Source of the DNA: the human T2T-CHM13v2.0 reference genome, Homo sapiens
Assembly: GCF_009914755.1 (NCBI RefSeq)
Contig: NC_060934.1
Strand: one strand, 5' to 3'
Length of the DNA: 64,000 bases
Below the pieces are notes generated by a model. The model was not told the DNA's origin and ran no database searches. It saw only the letters and a program-made list of their open reading frames with translations. The position numbers and the translations under genes were made by a program. Shown piece after piece: positions 7,801 to 21,405 of this stretch. The first letter of the stretch is position 1; every line of letters begins with the position of its first letter.

Positions 7801-10800
7801 CTTGGGCTCGCCTGTAATTGCCTGACAGGAGACTGGGAGGAACAACTTTCCCTCCGAGTGCTCTCCCCGTCCGTCTGTCTGTCTTTCCCAGAGACCCTGC
7901 AGGGATCTCCGCGGGAAGGAAGGCGCTGGGAGTCTGCGCCCCGGTCGCGTGGGTGCGGGCGTCGGAGGAAGGGGCGCGGAGGTCAGTGCCAGCCGCAGGG
8001 TCTGGCCAGCCCACCTCGCGTGCTCGCTCTGCACCCCTAGAGGGAGAGCTGGGCAGCTCCTGCAGGCGCAGATCCCGCCGCCGCGCAGTGCGGAGCGCCC
8101 GGGAGGTGGCGGCTGCTTCTCGCAACTTCAAATCCCGGGGCCCGCGCCCTCGGCGGCGAGGAACGCAGGGTCACCCCCTGCCACTCCTCATCGCGCCATC
8201 CTGAGACCTGTGGCGGGGAGCAGCGGGGCACCCCTGGACGCCCCTGCCCAGAGCTGGAGGGCGAGGAGGGGAAAGCCGGGCTGGAGTGGGAGCCGCACCG
8301 CGAAGCCGGGCGAGGGGCAGCAGTGTCGCTGTGGTGTGAAGCGAAGACAGACCGCCTGGGCGGGCGAGGCCGGGCTGCAGCCCCACGCGGCCTCCCTGGC
8401 CCGCATCAGGGCGCGCGGCTGGGTGCCCTCTGCGCGCCGCGGAGGCTTCATTGTTTCCCGAGATTTGGTGCCCGTTCCTCTGGGGCAGAGGGAACACCGG
8501 AGGGTGGGAGGTGCTGCGCCTTCCAAGCAGGGGGGCAATCGCCGCCCGACCCCGCCCAACCTTGTCTGGGAGCCCAGGTGCTAGGGAGGGGTGTGGAAAT
8601 CAGGGGTCGGGCGGCCCCCGTTTCTCTGTGCATCCCGAGGGAGGGAAAGAGTGGCGGGGGAGGGGTGCTCTTCGCTGCGCCCTCTCAGTGTCCGCTCCCG
8701 GCCACAGACAACGTGCACGCCGGCCCTGGAGCTCCTGCCACCCCCACTTCCCACAGCGGCTCGTGCCCCCAGCCCGCTGGATGCCCCCCAGGCCCGTCCC
8801 CGAGGGTTTTCCGAGAAGTGCTGCAGGAAGCGTTTGTAGATGCGAAAAGCAAGGACATTTCTGGGAAGAAACAGGTTGCGGTCACCGATCAGGCCCCGGA
8901 GAAGGGTCAGTGCCCACGGGGCACCTCCCAGGGAGTTTGTGGGTAAGGTGAAAAGGTCACACGCCTCCTGGGGATTGGCGTCTACACACACAGCCAAAGT
9001 ACAGCCTGATTCCTACCTGGCACAAATAGCTGGCCAAAGGGAGGTAGGAATGCTGGCAAGGAGACTCTGGTCAAAGGTTTTGGCGGAAGAAAAAGGGGCG
9101 GGCAGGGAGAAAGCCCAAGGCGCGCGGGCCCCAGGCCAGGACTGCGCGCTCGCGACTCGGGCTGGGAGCAGTGACGTGCGCCCCTCGGGGTGCAGGCCGT
9201 TCCCGGGCCAGTGGGAGGTGCACCCACGGAGCCCGCACTCGCCACTCTCTTGCCCCGGGTCAAGCCTGTCTTCTCCTCCCCACGCGCCTCGGGATTCCCA
9301 GTCGCCAAGTTGGAAACTCGGCCCCCCCGAGCGCCTCTTTCCTCTGCCAGTTTCCTCCTTCTTCTCAGCTGTCGGACCCCTGGGAGGCGCGGGGTGGGAA
9401 GTGGGCACCGAAGGGCTGGGAGTTAAATGCCTAAGTTGAGCGGAAGGAGCACTGTCGAAGCCATGGGCAGCCCTGCGCCCGGGCAGGCGGGCAGGCGGGA
9501 GGCGAGGCGGGGGCGCCGACCGCGCCCAGCGCAGACCCCGGGGGAGTGAGCGCCGCAGAGGCAGCCTGGGCTCTCGGCTACTACCCGCGCGCGGTCGCCG
9601 CCTCCCCAGGTGCAGCCCCGCCAGTCCCAGCCCCCGGCTGCGCCGGGCGAGCGGCATCATCAGATTTAGGGTGACCCGGAGCGACCTCGGTCCAGGCTCG
9701 GAGGGAGAGGCGCCTCTCAGGACCTGGCAGGTTGACAGGGAAGGGGAACCGGGAGGGAGCGGCGGCCGGGGCGGCCTGGAGTCTCGGAGGCCCGCCTGCG
9801 TCCTGGGGGGACCCGACCTCCGCGCTCGCTCCGGAGCGCCCGTTTGGATAGCTCTGAGCCTCGGCGGGGTGAGCGAGGGGGCACACGAGGGAGACTTGAG
9901 CTGTGTTGTTTTTAGAAAACTGCCGCCAATCTCTCTTCCCCTTTCCCTGCTGAGTGTGCATTTTCCAGCCTAGACCCGCCAGGCCAGCAAATAAAGCCAC
10001 CGGATCGTGCACTCCGGAGCGACTGCCCCCACCCCGACCTTGTCTCCACCGCTCCCTCCTGCCTTTCCCGAAGGGAATGGCTCCTCCGGCGCCTCAACGC
10101 ACAGAAAACGCCTGCCTCCAGCTGAGCGCTTTTGCCAGCTTTCTCCAACCAGTGAATAAGGGATGCACTATGGACTCAGAAGGAAATGTCATATTTAAGT
10201 TCTGCCTCTGATTTCTCTGCTCTTAGCTGATCTAAGGTTTTTCTAGACTCCTTAGTTTCCACTCACAGTGCTGGGTAATGGAGCCCTACCGCACTGATTG
10301 AGAATTGCCGGCCAGTGGGTTGGTACAGAGCAAATTGTCCTTGCTAACAACCTTTTTCCTTTGCTGTTGGATTCCACTAAGTGGTGAGAGGGGTCAGTTT
10401 TAGATTTTTGCAATTCCCCAGCGTGGAGACAGGCCGGCTCTATACGAGAATAAGTGATAGGCAGAGGAAGAATTTGGCAGTGTTCCCGGGTTGATTTTAT
10501 TTTGGTCTCTTGAACACATTATTCTTCCTGATAGAACAAATCCCTGGACTTGGTAGGACCCAGTTCCAGGGAAGGGAAGAGTCCTCTACCGCACCCCCAG
10601 AACGCCCTGCAGAGGCTGTGAGTGGGCAAAGCCCAGTTTCCTGGACTCCCACTTAGGAGGTGCTGCAGAAATAAGGCCTTCAGCTGGGGCTCCCTGAGTC
10701 GGATTGGAACCGTGGCCCATCAGTAAGAGTAGACTGGATGGTAACTGCTCGATTCCTTTCATCAAGCTCTCATCCCTTTGTCAGAAATAGATGAAATCGA

Positions 10801-11779
10801 TTGCTCCCAGAAGGCCATTTGAGCCACTAACTCCCTCAAAGTACTTCAGATTCATGCAATATGGAGATTCGGGTTGGTAGTTCAAACTGCATCATATCTA
10901 GTCAAGTTTTTTGAAAACATCAAACCCATAAATTTCAGAAAAGCAATACAAGCTCCATATTTTTAGTAGGAGCTAACCTAGTTTTGAGATGTATGAATAG
11001 ATGAAGTGAAACTGGAAAAACATTAAAAGTTGGAATTTTAATTAACTAATGTTTAAAATAAGCCTATTAGTGGTTATTCTGTCAAGTGACTGTGTCATGC
11101 AAGAGGTGTCATCTGGGCCTCATTTTTGGCCATCTCCTTGATTTGTACTGACAGAGAAGGAAGGAAATAAACAAATGAATCTTCACTTTCTGATTCTACC
11201 TTTTTAGCCTTTTAAAAGTTACCTTGAAAATTCCTCAAATATTGGAGAAACGACTACCAACTAAAACGTTAACACAAAGTTACAATGTGAAGTTTTTGTG
11301 ATACAGTATATTTACTAACCAACAAGATGAAGAAAGATAATGCTAAATTTTGAATCACACTAGATTCAAAACATTTGCTAGAGTAGAGGTTACAGCCATA
11401 TTTGAAAACTGTATTATTTTTCTGAGATAATAATATTAAATGATTTTGCCTTCATTGGATTACTTTTAAATTGGGAAAATTAAAATAATTATAACCAACA
11501 GAAACACTCTTCAAATCAATAGAGACATCATTAGAGAGAACATATTCAAAATTTGAAAGGACTGTTTTAAATAGGGCAATCTTTAAAATATAATTTGAAC
11601 AACCAGAATAGAAAACTGGCTGCCTCTTAATATTTAATCATAGTTTTATGTAAATAGCTAAAATTTTAAATCAATAAAAAATAATTTTTAAAAATATCAA
11701 ACAATGGCCACAACAGTTAAGAATTGTTGAATTTATTCTCAAAGGATGTAATTTCATTTTGCATTTTTATTAGATGACT

Positions 11780-13100
11780 CTGGCAGTTGCCTGTAGAATG
11801 GGTTATGGGCGGAGCAAGGGAAGAAATGAAGAGACCAGTTTTGAAGTAACCATAGTAGAATCTAAAGGAGAACTTCAACAAGGATCTGGCGGTGGAGATT
11901 GGAAAAGGATGCTTTCCAGATGTATTGAGAAAGTCCAACTGGACAGATGGTGGTGGATAAGCCAATGAAGGAGAGGGTGTTACCAAAGATTCAGGCCCTC
12001 ATCACTGATGGGTGCGATTGCCTTCATGTAAGCAAAGGGACACTAGCAAAAGGCTAATTTGGAAGGAAGATCATGAATTTGATTGGGGTTAGGTACAGTT
12101 TCTGGTGTCTTTGAGGCAATCAAATGAGTTAGGAATTCAGAGGAGATGTTTGGATTGGAGATTTTAAGTTTGTGAGTCACTGACATGTAGATGATGGCAA
12201 TCAAAGTGGAAGGAATGGATAAAATTGCTGAGGAAATTTCAGGAGACCCAGGATAGGAAGTTAAGGACCCTTTAAAGCCTGGATTGTCACAGTGAGCTAA
12301 CAAAATACCTTGAGAATGAGCAGCTGGGTGGTAGGTGGAAAACCAGGAGAGCCTATTGTCATAAAAGTCAAGGAGAGGGGGAATTTCTAAAAGGAAGCTC
12401 TGGACAAGAGTGGAACACCATCAAGAGTTCCACTCGGATGAGGACTGGAATGCAATTGGACTTAGTGGTATCATGGTTACTGAGAATTGACTCTTCCAAG
12501 AGTCATTCAGTGGAGCGATGGAGGAACAGGACTAGAGGTCAGATTGCAATGGGCTGAAGAGTCAATAGAAGGTAAAGAAAGAGAGAGAACACATAAAGAT
12601 AAAATTCTCTCTGGAAGTTTCTACTAAAGGGGAGGAGACAGACGATAGCTCTGGAAGGAGGAGATGTGGAGGGAGGTTGACTTTTTATTTTATTTTATGT
12701 TTGCTTTTAAGATAGGGTACTTGTGAACATTCTTGAATGCCAATGGATAGAATCCAGTATTGGGGGATATGTTGAGATTAAACTACTGAAAAGATAATCC
12801 GGGTGTTGATTGCCTGGGAAGGCAGGAAGGGATACAATCTACAGCCCAGATGGACAGATTTACCGTAAGTTGGAAGAGGGACAGCTCCTCTGTTATAGCA
12901 GTGGGGAAAGAGGAGCTGATGGGTGTGATTACAAGAAGGTTTGTCATTTCAGTGGGTGGGTGTGGGGGGCAATTTCTCTCTACTCTGGTTTTCTCTGTGA
13001 AGTAAGTCGTACCTTTGAGTAAGAATGACAGTGGAGGAGAGGAGCCGAAAGTGCCTGGAGAGCAGAAAAAAATTGACGGGGACGACTAAGCTGACCAGAG
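11780..13100 (-). mobile_element. Old L2 LINE fragments
   Basis: Purine-rich sequence typical of antisense L2 (e.g. GGAGATTTTAAGTTTGTGAGTCACTGACATGTAGATG). Boundaries approximate. Confidence 0.6.
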
Positions 13101-15573
13101 AAGCTGTTGTTATCATGTTATTGTTTTGATAATTTCGTAAGTTAAAAATTTGAGCTGGGAGCACATTTTCTATGGAAGGCATTCTCCTAGAAAAATTGGC
13201 TAGTTTTTCATGAAACTCAAAAAAATCTGCTTAACTCACAAGGAAGTAGTAATATAATATGAATGGTATTCTTTCAGCTTTAGTGACTCAAAGTAGGTGT
13301 TCTATAAATGTTCTTTTTTAAAAAGAAAATTTTCCAACCATTATTTACAGCACATTAAGGAATGTGTCTATTGATGGGTAGGAAAAGTTTCCCCCCAACC
13401 AAATAATTCTTTGTAATAATGTCTTCACTTCCTCCCTGCCCTTTGTGCTTTATCCTCCTAGAGATAGCCAAAGAAGAATTTAAAGTTATCATTTATGTCC
13501 TGTACCAGACCTCCACAGACTGGCTTATTTGGATAATTCAAGTGAAATACAACCAAGATGTTTCTTTAGTTTTGCGAAGTCTAGACTCAACATCAATATT
13601 GCACACATTTTTCAGATATATATGTGATGTTTTTTGAATTGTTATACAATTTCCTGCCTTGATATTTCAGTCAAATGTATTGGGTAGGTTATCAGAGGGC
13701 GTTGTTTTCAAAAAAAGCCTTTTTCCTTCAATTTATTTTGTTAAAGCATCAGACTGCCAAAGAATCTTAACTTCTATGTAAGGGGTGATACATTAATACC
13801 TTTTTGGTTGATTTTCAGCTACAGAATGCACAGCCTTGATGGACTTGCTTTAATCCACACTAAAGCTTATATGACATGAGGAAGTCATGCAGAACAGAAC
13901 AGGCCTTTCTGGAACTTTTATATTTTAAGAAGTCTTCAGCCTGTTAGTACAACAGGTTACCTTTTGGCAGGCACATTTTCCTCCTGCTCGAATGCTATAA
14001 ACACCCCAGCAGGGACGATAAATAGCAATGTAGACAGCAAGGGAAAATATTTGCTAAAAGATACTCCTGCACTTTCTCTTTTTGATGTTTCCCTTGTAAG
14101 TTTTAGTTGAAGAAACTGGAAAAAATAGAAATGTAAAAGTTGAAACAGCAAAATTATAAAGTGACAGGTGATACAACAAAACATATCAGTTTGTACTCAA
14201 AATGTAAAGCAATAAAGCAAGCACACATTGAGACTCTCTAATTAGTATAATTTGCATTCACAAAGTTCAAAGTGGAACTTGGGTATTGCCATTCTCTTGC
14301 TTCTCTCCCTAACAAGCCACAGGTAGCCGAAATGAGGCACATTGAGAGTTCAAATTTGGCAAAACTCTGCAGCAATTCAGTGACAGAATAAAACATGGGA
14401 AATGGATGTTTTGAAATTGAGTCTGTATCTTAAAGAAAGTGAAAGTAAAACTTTATAATAAAATAAGGCTAAATCATACACAATTAGTGTATCCTTTTGA
14501 AAATTAGTTTGTGTTTTATAAGGTCAAATGGCTTCTTTAAATTCATACTGTGCTATTGTATCTAGCCTGGCATGTTTCTTTACTGTAGTTCTTTTTCTGA
14601 ATTTTTAAACCCCTTTGTGATTTCACAGAGTTAGTAATTATGTTGGGATGTTGGGGCGTGGACTGGATGTAGCTAAACATACTCAGATTTGACTCACATT
14701 CAAATGTACTCAAACATTCAAATTTAAAGTTGTCTGCCAAAGCAAACTTCTGTCTCATTGATTTTTAAAATTCTCTGGACCTTGGTTTGAAAATGTGTTC
14801 TTTGGGTTTCAAAACAGTTATCTGTCTTAGATAGATCAACTCTGACATCTACATATTTGACACTAGTTCTGATTATGTCAAGTGCATATCTTTTATTATG
14901 TAGATAAAAGACAACAACTTGCATGTCACATAAAAGAGGAAGCATCTCTTCAGGTCCCGGGTACATGAGTGAGTGGTGATCCTGGTTTTTCAGTTGCATA
15001 TCAAGAAACACAACCTAGATGAGCTTAATGAAAAAGGAGATTAGTGGTCATAACAGGGAAACTTTGGAGTGAACTTGGCTTCAGGCATAGCTGGAACCAA
15101 CGGTTCAGTGGATGCCAATCAGCAGGGTGTCTTCTGTGTTTTCATCTGAGCTGGCTTCTTTCTCAAGCAAGAACTCCCCAGGCAGTGTCAAAGATAGTAA
15201 TGACAGCTCCGTAGTTAAGGGGCCCTTCAAGGTCATGATCACTGAGAAAGTGTTCAGGCAGAGGGTGCTTTCTCCCTCAGAGTATGTAATTATCATTAAT
15301 AAAATTCTGATTCACTCCAGTTGGATGATGTACCCATCCCTGGGCCAGTTAGTTGTCAAGGGAGACGGGTTACTCTTAAGCCCACCCTGGCTGTGGGCAT
15401 GAGAACACATGGTAGACAGAATGCAGACAGGCCATCTCCAAGAGGAAAAGGGAGTCTCTGGATTCTGTGATACAAATAAAGGGAAAAGGACGCCAGGCAG
15501 TCAGCGGAAACAGGTGCCCACCACTCGGCAGCCCATTCTCTTGGTTATAGTTAGTTGTTTTCAAGTGATAGTA

Positions 15574-16013
15574 CAGTTGACTCTTGAACAATATGGGGGC
15601 TAGGGGTCCCGACCCCTCCCCTGCACAGTTGAAAATTCACATATAATTTTTGACTCCCCTAAAACTTAGCTAGTAATAGCTCACTGTTGGTCAGAAGCCT
15701 TCCCAATAACATAGTCAACTAACCCATATCGTGTACATGTATTATATGCTGTGTTCTTACAATGAAGTAAGCTAGAGAAAAGAAAATGTTATTAAGAAAA
15801 TCAGAAGGAGGAGAAAGTACGTCTACTATTCGTGAAGTGGAAGTGGATTATCGTAAAGGTCTTCATCCTCATCATCTGCATAAGGAGTAGATTGAGGAAG
15901 GAGGAGGAAGAGGAGGGGTTGGTCTTGCTGTCTCAGGAGTGGCAGAGGCAGAAGAAAATCTGTAAAGAAGTGAACTTGCAGAGTTCTAACCTGTGTTGTT
16001 CAAGGGTCAGCTG
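15574..16013 (-). mobile_element. Tigger2a (MER28) MITE, full length
   Basis: TIRs CAGTTGACTCTTGAACAA / TTGTTCAAGGGTCAGCTG with TA target duplication on both sides. Interior matches the recalled consensus. Confidence 0.9.
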
Positions 16014-16188
16014 TACATGTTCTTAGTTTTTGTTTTGGTTGGTGTTAGTGTCGTGTTTGTTTTATTTTGCTTTGCTTTCAGTTTTTTATTTGAATATCCA
16101 GCTGTGGCAGACAGCATGAATCTATAGATTTTACTTCAAAATCTGAGGCCAGTACTGTATGCAGGGCCAGCTGTCAGTAAAATTATAA

Positions 16189-16513
<325 letters not shown>

Positions 16514-17283
16514 TAACTCCATCTCCTTTTGGGTGTATGTCCCTAATTTAATTCGCTCTTCCCTGTCCTCTCACAAGGACTTCCAAAGAAATAGAGCAGT
16601 GGCAGAACACAATACTTAACTCATAGAATGGTGAGATTGCAGGCACCACTGTTAGCCAGGTGAGGAAGGTTTTTGGAGGCAAGGAACCTTCCAAAATATC
16701 TTCATAAGGATGTAAGGAACCTATGCATACTTGGAGTTGGAGTGTACTGCTGTGTTCAGACATTTAAAGCTGCCTTTGTAAAGGAAATGAGATTATATTT
16801 ACTCTGGGGAGATTGCCATGAAGACAGTGCTTGAGAAGCACCTTTAAAATATGAAGTTTTCCTCAACAAATGCAACATTTTTAAGGGGCTACGACTGGTG
16901 GACTACAGGTGTGAAAAGTGTGCAGTATAACAGCAATAGCATCATAAATGGAAAAGCTTGGAACAGACTGTTCTTCTGCAGAGCATATCTTGTGTGGTGT
17001 GTTTTTTTCGAGGTATGTTAAGAGTCTTGGAACAAAAGAATTACTTGACTATATTGAGATGTATCTGGAACAGGCCCACACACGTCTGTGGTGCCAGTTT
17101 ATTCTTTTACAAAATGTTACCTTTAAAAAAAATTTTTAAATACACACTTAAATGGGGATGGGAGCACTGTCAGGGAGAGTCTCACCTATGAAAGCAAAAA
17201 GCACAGCTTAATTTCAGAGCACTGCACTGGGAGTCCAGTCTCCGCTCTCCACAACTCTCAGAGAAATTCTGAACACAGCACTT

Positions 17284-18174
17284 TGTCATATTTTCCACTA
17301 ATTTGTTCCCAAGGTCTCTCTCCGGAGAGCGTCTACAAACTCAACCCCTGCCCTGAAGGGGCTGTGGAGGAAGTGGGCAAGGTTGTCTACAGTGTGACTT
17401 TCTTGGGATACTTCTTCATCCTGGGGGAAGGCCTAATGTCTAAGTGACCACCTGTGAGCAGGTGTTTCTCTCACAGGGATCCGTTTCTACGAGCAGACAC
17501 CCTTGTGGCTCTTGTTTGATCTGTGTTCAGTTTATTCCTACCAAGATAGCTACTCTCTAGGAAAGCCTGGATCGGTTTCCTCTCTAGGAGACCCCAGAAG
17601 GAGGTTGGGTTCAGGTATGTCAGGCAGGGGAGACACAAAGGAGGCAACTCAACAAAGCACATGAAACAGCAGAGGATGTGTATTACTCACAGGTCCCAGA
17701 GAGGAAGGGAGCAGGACTCATAGGGCCAGCTGGAAGTGGGGAACTGTCTGAGACACACACATGCAACCAGGGAGTGGGGAGCAAGAGAGAGAGTTGTAGG
17801 GGGGACCTGTGGGCCAAAGCCCTTACTAGGGTCTAGGGCATTACCCAAGTAGGCTTCCCATGGGAAGTTCTAATCGGTGGGTGAGCTCTGTGGAGACTGC
17901 AACTGAGAGGGGGTCACTGCAGCATATCTGTGTGTTCTATGTTGGTGGGGGAGTTGTTGGGGCAGTCAGTGGGGCCAGTCAAGTAGGTTGTATCCAGCTC
18001 TCCCTTAGGGAGGTGGTCACCAGCAAGTGGTTGTCAACCACCTTGAGTTACTGGGAGGAAGCAGAGAGCAGAAGACTATGTCAAAGATGACTAAGCCCTG
18101 CTCCCCGTATGAGAAAGTCAAGCCTAGATTCAGGACCGATGCCAGAGCAACATAAAACTATAGAACTCACTACA
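17284..18174 (-). mobile_element. MER54 (ERVL-class) solo LTR, full length, inside MIR-like sequence
   Basis: Minus strand starts TGTAGTGAGTTCTATAGTTTTATGTTGC and ends ATTAGTGGAAAATATGACA (TG...CA). Flanks are CACTT and TGCTT. Confidence 0.8.
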
Positions 18175-21057
18175 TGCTTCATGCAGCTCGGTTTCCAGTG
18201 TTTCCATCTGTAAGAGACAAGTATTGAATTAAGTGATGTATCAGGACCTTATCAGTTGCCAAATTGAATCATTCTACTGTTTTTTTCAGCAGCTTTGATA
18301 AAACATTAGTGCAGGCTTGTCATTACCCAATACTACTGGAGGCCTTGAAAGTGTGGAGTGCTGTACTAGGATGGCACATGACGTGACTTATGCTGACATT
18401 GACTCCTATGCTGACATTGACTCCTTTGCACAGCTGATATTTGAAACGCTCTTGGTATATTTTCTTTCTGAATTGTTTGTGTTCCTAACATGGGCCATGA
18501 ATCTCTGAAGTGGACATGGATACCATGTCCTATGTCTATCTGTACATATTGTCAGCTTGCAATAAGAAATATGATAATAAAATGAAGTTCTATCAGAGGA
18601 GTGGCAGGGGATGATCAAACCACAAAGAAAACAAAGCAAGGAAACAGCACAACGCAAACACAGACACCCCTCACCAAAACTCTTCTCTGCCTGATTGCTC
18701 TAAAACACAAGGCAAGTCAATATTCCTGTTCAGCTGAGAACAAGAGTGTTTACTTCATGGAAGATCTTTGAGAGTTAGCTAAATTAAAAATTTAAGGAAA
18801 AAGGCTTATCAAGAAAATATGAGTCAAAATGTGGCTGTTCCTTTTTATGTTTCTCCGATTTCGTGCTATTTTGCTACTGGAAATTTTCTGCCTCTCTGGA
18901 TACTCTTGCAAATGGGAACAGATACGCCTAGCCTGGGTTCCTGCTCCATCATTCCCCCAGTTCTAGGAGCAGGAGCGGAGCACCCCTGGTGCTAGGTCAA
19001 GTGGAAGACAAATGATGCCACATTTTTGCTGTGGATTTTCTTTTATGTCGTCTCTAGCTTCTGGACCAGCGGTATATTATTTTTCAGAGTCTTTTTCAGA
19101 TCAATTCTGAGCTTAATTGCTGACTTGCTTGTGAGGTTGGAAGCTCTACCTACAGTGTACCATGCTTTTGATAGAGAAGGTTTCTGGGCAGTTTTTGGTT
19201 TTTCATAGAGGTATTGGATAGGCTCATACTGATTAAGCTGTGGCTCCAGCAAACATGCTCAATATTATGAAGTCCAGGAGGTAGGTTTTGTTGCTAACAT
19301 AAAAATATTCTTCAGCTCCACGCTGGCCCAAAGCAGGAGGGGGAAGTTGGAGAGGAACTTCTTCATCCATCAAACAAAGTGTATATTTGTTGCCGTTTTG
19401 ACAATCACATCCCTTAGTAAAAGATGTACTTGAAAAACAATATAAATAAAATAAAGTTTCATAAAGGCTCCCAAACATTCTTCCTTTCCCCCTGAGGCTA
19501 TAATGACTATCCTGGTTTTAAAATCCCTTTTCTTATTCCTTCTGAGTTTTCCCATTTCGTGCTCCCTGGGAGCATCTCTGTAAAATAAGCCTGTGGAAAA
19601 TGGGTAATGAGGAAATCGTTGCCTTAATTGAAGGTCGCATCTACAAAGGTCCAGGTAGGTGCACTTTGGCTGATGGAAAAATCCCCCAGAGTGACATCCT
19701 GCTGCCCTGAAATAGAGGCTCGGTTGTCATTTGTTAGAACAACGGTGGCGCCTGGTTGGCATCTCGAGTGTTGTCTTTGTTAATCTCACAACCAGGTGAT
19801 TTCCATTACTGACGACACCCCACATGGGAAGGGGGCAAGGAAGGGCCCCCAAGGACTCCCATAATTAAGCACAAACACTTTTACAGTATTAAGTCAAAGC
19901 CGAATGCCTCCCAAATCCTCTTGGTGTTGAGTTCGTGTGCCCTACACAATGGTGACCTTTAATATGTCCCTTTCAGATCCAGCTAGATTAGTCCTGTGCT
20001 CTGGCCTTGATATTTTTGTTTTGTTTTCTAGTGCTATTCCTTTAAAAGAAGAACTATGAGAGTGATTTTTTTAATCTGTTTGCTTACTTTTCTTTTCTTT
20101 TTTTGGCTTATTGTCAACATGTTGTATTGACACACTTTTTAGCCTAAAACAGAGAGAGGACCTTCTAAATACAAAAGATAGGATGCTTTCAACAACTCGA
20201 TTCCCTAAAGCACTGGAGAATTCTGCGATCTGTTAGACTTCAATGTAAGCATTTTATAGAGGTTCCCATGACAGGATTATTAGTCAGCAGTTTCACTTAA
20301 AGGTCTTTTTTATTTTTTTGGCCAGTAGACTTTCTCCTTCTACAGCTGCAACTGTATTAAATATACATCCCCAATAATTTAGCTCCTCTTCTTTCTCTGG
20401 TGGAATATTTTCAGTTATGTAATTTCAGCTCCTGCTGCTTATTTGGGGTGATTATTATTATATGTGGTCCCTAGCCTAGGAATGAATTCTGCTGTAGATA
20501 CCAGTTTTTAAATTAGTTAGAATTCTGCCTGGTTCCCCACAGGAAAAATGTCATAAAAGATGGGCCACAAGACAGTCCACCAAGCCATTTTAAACTCCCA
20601 CATAGCTGAACTTTCATCATTGGCAGCTCTGAGTTGTGAGGTCTCTTGTGACACTGGCCCTGGTTATTTTTAAGAGGGGCAAGAAAGGTAAATCAAGAGG
20701 GTAGTGATAGAAGCAGGCTAGAAAAAGCCAGGCTTTGGCAGCTGGGCTGCTCTCACGGGATTATGAGGGGCCATATTTTAAGTAGCAGGAATTGAAAGTG
20801 GTGAATGGATTCAGGTCCTGACCATGCATGAGGCTCCTGTCAGGAGGTGCCGTAAGAGCTGAGCACATCAATTTGAAGAAGAGGCTCATAGAGAGTTGGG
20901 TGTCCTTCATGGGACCAGGATGGCGTTGAGGGGTAAAGGTGGACAGCAATTGCTTCTTATTTGTACACAGCTTATTTGGGAGTTGGAGCTCATCTTATTA
21001 ATGAAGGTAAAATTATGACTTGAAAACCAACCATATTTCACTACTAGAGTATCATTA

Positions 21058-21405
<348 letters not shown>

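Larger units (their letters stand above)
7000..10150. promoter_or_regulatory. CpG island / NRP1 promoter region
   Basis: Abrupt switch to very high GC with dense CpG, against AT-rich CpG-poor flanks. Covers exon 1 and ~2.6 kb upstream. Confidence 0.95.

Noticed and set aside
6835-10211. Many overlapping 60-215 aa ORFs on both strands in the CpG island
   Set aside because: Low-complexity R/G/P/A sequence expected from stop-codon scarcity at high GC. The real coding part is the 73-bp NRP1 exon 1, which is in a frame not listed.
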